A stretch of DNA of 64,000 bases from a virus, in IMG/VR virus record IMGVR_UViG_3300025407_000799, positions 33,799 through 97,798 of that record. One strand, written 5' to 3'. The position numbers and the translations under genes are program-made. How positions within the stretch are numbered: the first letter of the stretch is position 1; the number at the start of each line of letters is the position of its first letter. Under the pieces are notes generated by a model, which was given only the letters and a program-made list of their open reading frames with translations, was not told where the DNA came from and did not search any database. This document shows, in pieces, positions 58,995 through 64,000 of this stretch.

Positions 58995-59864
58995 ATGACT
59001 GACCGCGCTCAATTTGAAGCAATGCTTGAAGCTTTGATCAATGAAGATCATGAGCAAGCAAAAGAAATATTCCACAACATCGTTGTTGGAAAATCACGTG
59101 AAATTTACGAAGAATTATTAGCAGAAGACTTCAGCCCAGAAGAAGCTAACAAACACGCTGGCCTAGGCGGACACCAATCTGAAAACATGGAAGAAGAAGA
59201 TGATTCTATGGAAGAAGACATGGAAGAAGAAGGTGCCGAAGAAGAAAAAGGCGAAGACGAGCCAGAAGACGACGGTGAAGACGATGGCGAAGAAGAGCCA
59301 GACTTCGGCGGTGAAGACGATGGCGAAGAAGAGCCAGACTTCGGCGGTGACGAGGAAGGCGATGCCGAAGGTGGCGATATCGAAGATCGTGTTATGGATC
59401 TAGAAGACGCTTTAGAAGACCTAAAAGCAGAATTTGAACAACTAATGGCTGATGAAGAGCATGAGCCAGAGCATCATGACGGTATTGATGATCCAGCATT
59501 TGGTGGCATGGATGCAGAACAAGATGAAGTAGCACATATGATGGAATATGTAAACAAAGTTGCACTACCAAAACATGGCGACAATGGTCAAAATACAAAA
59601 TCAGTTATTGACAACATGAAGAACGATATGGGCGGCACAACTGCTAATATTGCTAAAAACTTCAGCACAACAACTGGTGGAACACAAGGCGGATTATTGA
59701 AGCCAAGTACAACACTACAAGACGGTGGAAACATCAATAAGCCAGGCGCTAATGCAGGCAAGACAGCGTTCAAGAAGAAAGAACCTGGTCATGGTCCAGA
59801 AAGCAAAGGCAAAGGCGAATCAGCTGACAATAAAAAGTCAACGATTGGCGGAAGAATTCGTTAA
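58995..59864 (+). CDS. highly acidic prohead core/scaffold-like protein
   Basis: AGGAG SD; D/E-rich low-complexity centre; lies between portal and protease. Confidence 0.7.
   Translation: MTDRAQFEAMLEALINEDHEQAKEIFHNIVVGKSREIYEELLAEDFSPEEANKHAGLGGHQSENMEEEDDSMEEDMEEEGAEEEKGEDEPEDDGEDDGEEEPDFGGEDDGEEEPDFGGDEEGDAEGGDIEDRVMDLEDALEDLKAEFEQLMADEEHEPEHHDGIDDPAFGGMDAEQDEVAHMMEYVNKVALPKHGDNGQNTKSVIDNMKNDMGGTTANIAKNFSTTTGGTQGGLLKPSTTLQDGGNINKPGANAGKTAFKKKEPGHGPESKGKGESADNKKSTIGGRIR
59273..59350 (+). repeat. perfect 36-nt tandem duplication (GEDDGEEEPDFG x2)
   Basis: cggtgaagacgatggcgaagaagagccagacttcgg twice, plus a partial third copy. Confidence 0.9.
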
Positions 59865-59887
59865 TTAATAAAGAGAACATATAATAT

Positions 59888-60514
59888 ATGTTATACCTCC
59901 GAGAGAATCTCAGTTTCAACGAAGCAAAAATGATCGTTGAATCTGATGACAAAGACGGTAAGAACTTGTACATGTCCGGGATTTGCATCCAGGGCGGTAT
60001 ACGTAACGCTAACCAGCGTGTTTACCCTGTTAATGAGATTGGCAAGGCTGTTAAGACCCTTAACGATCAGATTCAGAACGGTTATTCAGTTCTCGGAGAA
60101 GTGGATCATCCAGATGATCTAAAAATTAACCTGGACCGTGTGAGTCACATGATAGTTAATATGTGGATGGACGGTCCTAACGGTTACGGGAAGTTGAAAA
60201 TACTTCCAACACCAATGGGACAACTAATCAAGACAATGCTGGAAAGCGGAGTCAAGTTAGGTGTTTCAAGTCGCGGATCCGGGAACGTTAGTGATAACGG
60301 TTCCGGTGAAGTATCGGATTTTGAGATTATCACAGTAGATATGGTAGCTCAACCTAGTGCTCCTGGAGCGTATCCTACACCAATTTATGAACACTTGATG
60401 AATAATCGCGGTGGATTCAATGCCTTGCGTATAGCGCAAGAGGTGAAGGGCGATCCTAAAGCACAGAAATATCTCAAAGAGAGCTTATTGAATATAATAA
60501 GCAAACTCCAATAA
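59888..60514 (+). CDS. prohead protease, T4 gp21-like
   Basis: N.N.RVYP, GEVDHP, VSH, LPTPMG, LGVSSRG.G, D.VAQPSAP.AY. Confidence 0.93.
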   Translation: MLYLRENLSFNEAKMIVESDDKDGKNLYMSGICIQGGIRNANQRVYPVNEIGKAVKTLNDQIQNGYSVLGEVDHPDDLKINLDRVSHMIVNMWMDGPNGYGKLKILPTPMGQLIKTMLESGVKLGVSSRGSGNVSDNGSGEVSDFEIITVDMVAQPSAPGAYPTPIYEHLMNNRGGFNALRIAQEVKGDPKAQKYLKESLLNIISKLQ

Positions 60515-60527
60515 CAAGGAGAATCAC

Positions 60528-61622
60528 ATGTTGGATGCGCTAAAATCGTTATTTGAAAGCAATGTGATTTCTGAAGAGATCCAAGAGTCAATTCAAGCAG
60601 CTTGGGATTCAAAAATAAATGAAGCCCGTGAACAAGTTGCTGAACAACTACGCGAAGAATTCGCACAAAAATACGAACACGACAAAAACACAATGATTGA
60701 AGCTGTTGATCGCATGATCAGCGAGCAACTTTCTTCTGAAATTGTTGAGTTTGCCGATGACCGTCGTCAGTTAGCTGAAATGAAAGTTAAGCTAGCCAAG
60801 GAAAAGAAGAAGACAGCTGAAGTAATGAAGGAATTTGTTACACGTCAGTTAGCTACTGAAGTCCGTGAATTACACGAAGATCAAGTTGTAATGGCAAGCA
60901 AGTTCGGAAAGTTGGAACAATTCGTAGTTGAGGCTCTAGCTCAAGAAATTACAGAGTTCTTCAAGGACAAACAAGACCTAGCAGAAACTAAGGTACGCCT
61001 AGTTCGTGAAGGTCGCAATGAAATCAAGAAGGTAAAACAAGAGTTTGTAACTCGTGCTGCTAAGATGGTTGAATCAGTTGTGACTCAGAATTTAAATTCT
61101 GAAATCCATGCACTGAAAGAAGACATCGAAGCAGCTCGTCGTGCAGATTTTGGTCGTAAGTTATTCGAAGCTTTTGCTGCTGAATACTCGACCAGCTACC
61201 TAAATGAAAAATCGGAAACAGCAAAATTACTCAAGGTCATAGACTTGAAAGATTTGGCAATGAAGGAAGCAGCGCAAGCTGTTGTCAAAGCTGAACAAAT
61301 CCTAGAAAGTAAAGAATCTGAAATCCGTACTCTTAAAGAGAGTCAAGAAAGAAAAGAAATCATGAGTCAATTACTAAGTCCACTTAACAGTGAACAACGT
61401 GAAATCATGAGCGAATTAATGGAGAGCGTAAAGACTACTAAGTTGAACGAAAGTTTTGACAAGTATCTTCCAGCCGTAATAGCTGGCAAAGCTCCGCAGA
61501 AGAAACAGGCACTAGTAGAGGCTAAAGAAATAACCGGAAATAAAATTTCCAACAACCCACGTAGCAGCGAGATGGATTCGAATATTATCGATATCAGAAA
61601 GCTCGCAGGACTAAAAATTTAA
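60528..61622 (+). CDS. prohead scaffold/core protein, T4 gp22-like
   Basis: 364-aa E/K-rich coiled coil between the protease and major capsid genes. Confidence 0.8.
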   Translation: MLDALKSLFESNVISEEIQESIQAAWDSKINEAREQVAEQLREEFAQKYEHDKNTMIEAVDRMISEQLSSEIVEFADDRRQLAEMKVKLAKEKKKTAEVMKEFVTRQLATEVRELHEDQVVMASKFGKLEQFVVEALAQEITEFFKDKQDLAETKVRLVREGRNEIKKVKQEFVTRAAKMVESVVTQNLNSEIHALKEDIEAARRADFGRKLFEAFAAEYSTSYLNEKSETAKLLKVIDLKDLAMKEAAQAVVKAEQILESKESEIRTLKESQERKEIMSQLLSPLNSEQREIMSELMESVKTTKLNESFDKYLPAVIAGKAPQKKQALVEAKEITGNKISNNPRSSEMDSNIIDIRKLAGLKI

Positions 61623-61633
61623 GGAGAATTTAA

Positions 61634-62809
61634 ATGTCAGAACTACTTAATGGACGTTGGGCAGAAACAAAAGAAGCCCTATTAGAAGGCTTACAAGGCA
61701 CTAAAAAATCAGTAATGGGTGTGACCCTTGAGAATACTCGCAAGTATTTGATGGAATCTCCAACTGCTGGTGCTACTTCTGCTGGCAACGTTGCAACTTT
61801 AAACCGCGTGATTCTTCCAGTAATCCGTCGTGTTATGCCAACCGTTATCGCTAACGAGTTGGTTGGTGTACAACCAATGACTGGCCCAGTCGGCCAAATT
61901 CACACATTGCGTGTGCGTTATGCAGACTCATCAAGCGGTGCTAATGTACTAGCTGGTGAAGAGGCACTAAGCCCATTCAAGATTGCGGCTGCTTACTCTG
62001 GTAACCAACAAGACGCAGTTGCTAAAGCAGCTACTACAGCTTCTTTAGAAGGTCAAGCTGGTAACAGAATGAGCATTCAAATCTTGAAACAAACAGTTGA
62101 AGCTAAGACACGTAAATTGTCTGCTCGCTGGACATTTGAAGCTGCTCAAGACGCTCAAGCTCAACAAGGTATCGACGTTGAAGCTGAAGTTATGGCTGCT
62201 TTAGCTCAAGAAATCACAGCTGAAATCGACCAAGAAATTATCGCTTCGTTGACTTCATTAGCTGGTACAGCTACACAAACTTATGACCAAGCTGCCGTTA
62301 GCGGTACAGCTACATTCGTTGGTGATGAGCATGCCGCTTTAGCTGTTCAGATCAATCGCGTAAGCAACTTGATCGCTCAACGTACACGTCGTGGTGCTGG
62401 TAACTACGCTGTTGTTAGTCCATTCACATTGACTATCCTTCAGTCTGCTACAACTTCAGCATTTGCACGTACAACAGAAGGTACATTTGAAGCTCCAACA
62501 AATACAAAATTCGTTGGTACATTGAACGGTGCTATGAAGATTTATGTTAACAGCTATTCATATGACAATGCTCCAGTTCTAATTGGATACAAAGGCTCAA
62601 GCGAGAGCGATGCTCCTGCTTTCTATTGCCCATATATTCCATTGATGAGCAGTGGTGTTGTATTGGATCCATCAACATTTGAACCAGTCGTATCATTCAT
62701 GACACGTTATGGTTATGTTGAGTTGTCAAATACAGCTTCTTCTCTAGGTAACGCAGCTGACTATCTAGGTCTAGTTGCTATTACTAACGGTAACGTCAAG
62801 TTCAGCTAA
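61634..62809 (+). CDS. major capsid protein, T4 gp23-like
   Basis: RRVMP..IA.E.VGVQPMTGP.GQI..LR, VEAKTRKL.A.WT.E.AQD, EID.EI, FYCPYIPL, TRYG. Confidence 0.95.
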   Translation: MSELLNGRWAETKEALLEGLQGTKKSVMGVTLENTRKYLMESPTAGATSAGNVATLNRVILPVIRRVMPTVIANELVGVQPMTGPVGQIHTLRVRYADSSSGANVLAGEEALSPFKIAAAYSGNQQDAVAKAATTASLEGQAGNRMSIQILKQTVEAKTRKLSARWTFEAAQDAQAQQGIDVEAEVMAALAQEITAEIDQEIIASLTSLAGTATQTYDQAAVSGTATFVGDEHAALAVQINRVSNLIAQRTRRGAGNYAVVSPFTLTILQSATTSAFARTTEGTFEAPTNTKFVGTLNGAMKIYVNSYSYDNAPVLIGYKGSSESDAPAFYCPYIPLMSSGVVLDPSTFEPVVSFMTRYGYVELSNTASSLGNAADYLGLVAITNGNVKFS

Positions 62810-62840
62810 TTCAAACCTAAACAGTTTATTAGTAAAAATA

Positions 62841-62866
62841 AAAAGGACCTTCGGGTCCTTTTTGTT
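62841..62866 (+). terminator. intrinsic terminator after the major capsid gene
   Basis: AAAAGGACC-TTCG-GGTCCTTTT followed by TGTTT; UUCG tetraloop. Confidence 0.88.
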
Positions 62867-62877
62867 TGGGTAAATAT

Positions 62878-63465
62878 ATGATGCCTACAACTATATTTTA
62901 TTCTCCGACTAGTATACAACAAATAAGTTCTGTTGAAGAAGCTACTGGACGTCCTAGTATTCCTTGGACACACAGCGAACTAGTTATTAGTAAAGATAGC
63001 TATGCTGTATCGCAACAACCTTTATATTGTATTAGCGGATTATGGATGGAAAAATTTCGTAGTAAAACTAATGCATTATGGTGTACTGGTTTTAATATTC
63101 CCAATGTTAATTCTGCAATATTAGGCATAGAATTTCAATTAAACATACAACGTGCCGGACGTATACAAGACTTAATAATTCAATTAACTAAAGACGGTTT
63201 GACACTTGCAGGGGAAAATCGCGCAAGCGAAATTAATTCTGTTCAAACAGATATGAATACTGGAGATTTTACTACTCCGCTACACCCAGTCGGTGATTTC
63301 AATGTATACGGTAGTAGTACAGATTTATGGGGCGATACTTGGACTAGCACAGAAATATCTAGTTCAACGTTTGGAATTGTTATTAGTTTTCAAAGTAATC
63401 CGATAATTCCTCATAGAGACTTAGCTTATGTTGACCAAGTAGCTTTAAGAATCACCTACGCATAA
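62878..63465 (+). CDS. hypothetical (probably structural) protein
   Basis: TAAATA at 62871-76 followed by ATG ATG (62878/62881); YG...DLWG..W motif. Confidence 0.7.
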   Translation: MMPTTIFYSPTSIQQISSVEEATGRPSIPWTHSELVISKDSYAVSQQPLYCISGLWMEKFRSKTNALWCTGFNIPNVNSAILGIEFQLNIQRAGRIQDLIIQLTKDGLTLAGENRASEINSVQTDMNTGDFTTPLHPVGDFNVYGSSTDLWGDTWTSTEISSSTFGIVISFQSNPIIPHRDLAYVDQVALRITYA

Positions 63466-63556
63466 ATACATAGTACGATCCACATAGGGTGGATTTTATG
63501 CGGAAATCCAACCGCGTACGGCCTAGAACGCCGTGTTTTCATAAGGAGAAAATAAA

Positions 63557-64000
63557 ATGGGACGTCCTCTAAATAAGAAATATTTTGGTAATCGTAACGT
63601 CGGATCTGATGGAACATTCGCATCAGGTGCTACTTTGTCTAATACCAGCGCAGAAATTGGTGGTAAGAGCATCTCCAGTTTCAACATTACAAACCGTGGT
63701 TCATGGTTATCAAACAACGTAAGTCCAAATGTGCCTGTACTAGGTTTGGCAGTACCAGCTCCACAAATTGCTGATGGTATCCAAGCAACTTGGTCAGTGA
63801 CTTATTGTATTGACACAGTAACAACTAATGCTGGAAAAACAGGATTGGTAACTGGCGATACTTATACAAGCTCAATATTCCCAGGATCAATAATCACTGT
63901 TGGCGACCTAAGCGGAGCAAATGCTTTGTTTACAGTTACTAATGCCGGTAGCACTGGTAACATTCCACTTGATACAACAACAGTTAGTATTACTCAATTA
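63557..64000 (+). CDS. late structural protein, truncated by the window end (MGRPLNKKYFGNRN...)
   Basis: AAGGAG SD, ATG at 63557, open reading frame running off the window; ATAAATA at 63462-68. Confidence 0.8.
   Translation, partial: MGRPLNKKYFGNRNVGSDGTFASGATLSNTSAEIGGKSISSFNITNRGSWLSNNVSPNVPVLGLAVPAPQIADGIQATWSVTYCIDTVTTNAGKTGLVTGDTYTSSIFPGSIITVGDLSGANALFTVTNAGSTGNIPLDTTTVSITQL

Noticed and set aside
59273-59350. 36-nt direct repeat resembling a CRISPR repeat in length
   Set aside because: Copies are directly adjacent with no spacer, in frame within an acidic protein; no cas genes in the window
1-64000. Genome-wide stop-codon reassignment, as in some large phages
   Set aside because: All core genes, including a 16-kb ORF, are intact under the standard code; TAA and TGA terminate genes normally

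Overview
This AT-rich, gene-dense window comes from a large tailed dsDNA phage, a myovirus distantly related to T4 and probably jumbo-type. It uses the standard genetic code. Layout: (1) 1-8.0 kb, + strand: RNase H/5'-3' exonuclease, small hypotheticals, a MoxR-like AAA ATPase plus HExxH/vWA partner (each behind a consensus sigma70 promoter) and thyX. (2) 8.0-45.5 kb, - strand: a tail-fibre/baseplate block with four paralogous fibre proteins sharing an N-terminal anchor, a U32-family Fe-S enzyme coupled to a (GNVT)n fibre, a 5460-aa structural protein, and gp6-, gp25-, gp5-, gp53- and gp48/54-like proteins. (3) 45.5-51 kb, + strand: gp55-like late sigma factor, Seg-like GIY-YIG homing endonuclease, gp47/gp46 (Mre11/Rad50), an Hc1-like protein and a small GIY-YIG nuclease. 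(4) A ~470-nt strongly base-paired non-coding region, then a gp26-like gene with an apparent -1 programmed frameshift into a start-less gp51-like ORF. (5) 52.5-64 kb, + strand: membrane protein, tape measure, portal, prohead core, protease, scaffold and major capsid. Best leads: the structured RNA behind the small GIY-YIG nuclease; the G/GT-type frameshift; the U32 enzyme-fibre cassette; a bipartite TAAACTAC-N16/17-ATAAATA late-promoter class; and a cluster of GNA/GNNA mini-hairpins inside gp46. All product calls come from motif recognition by eye, without database searches.
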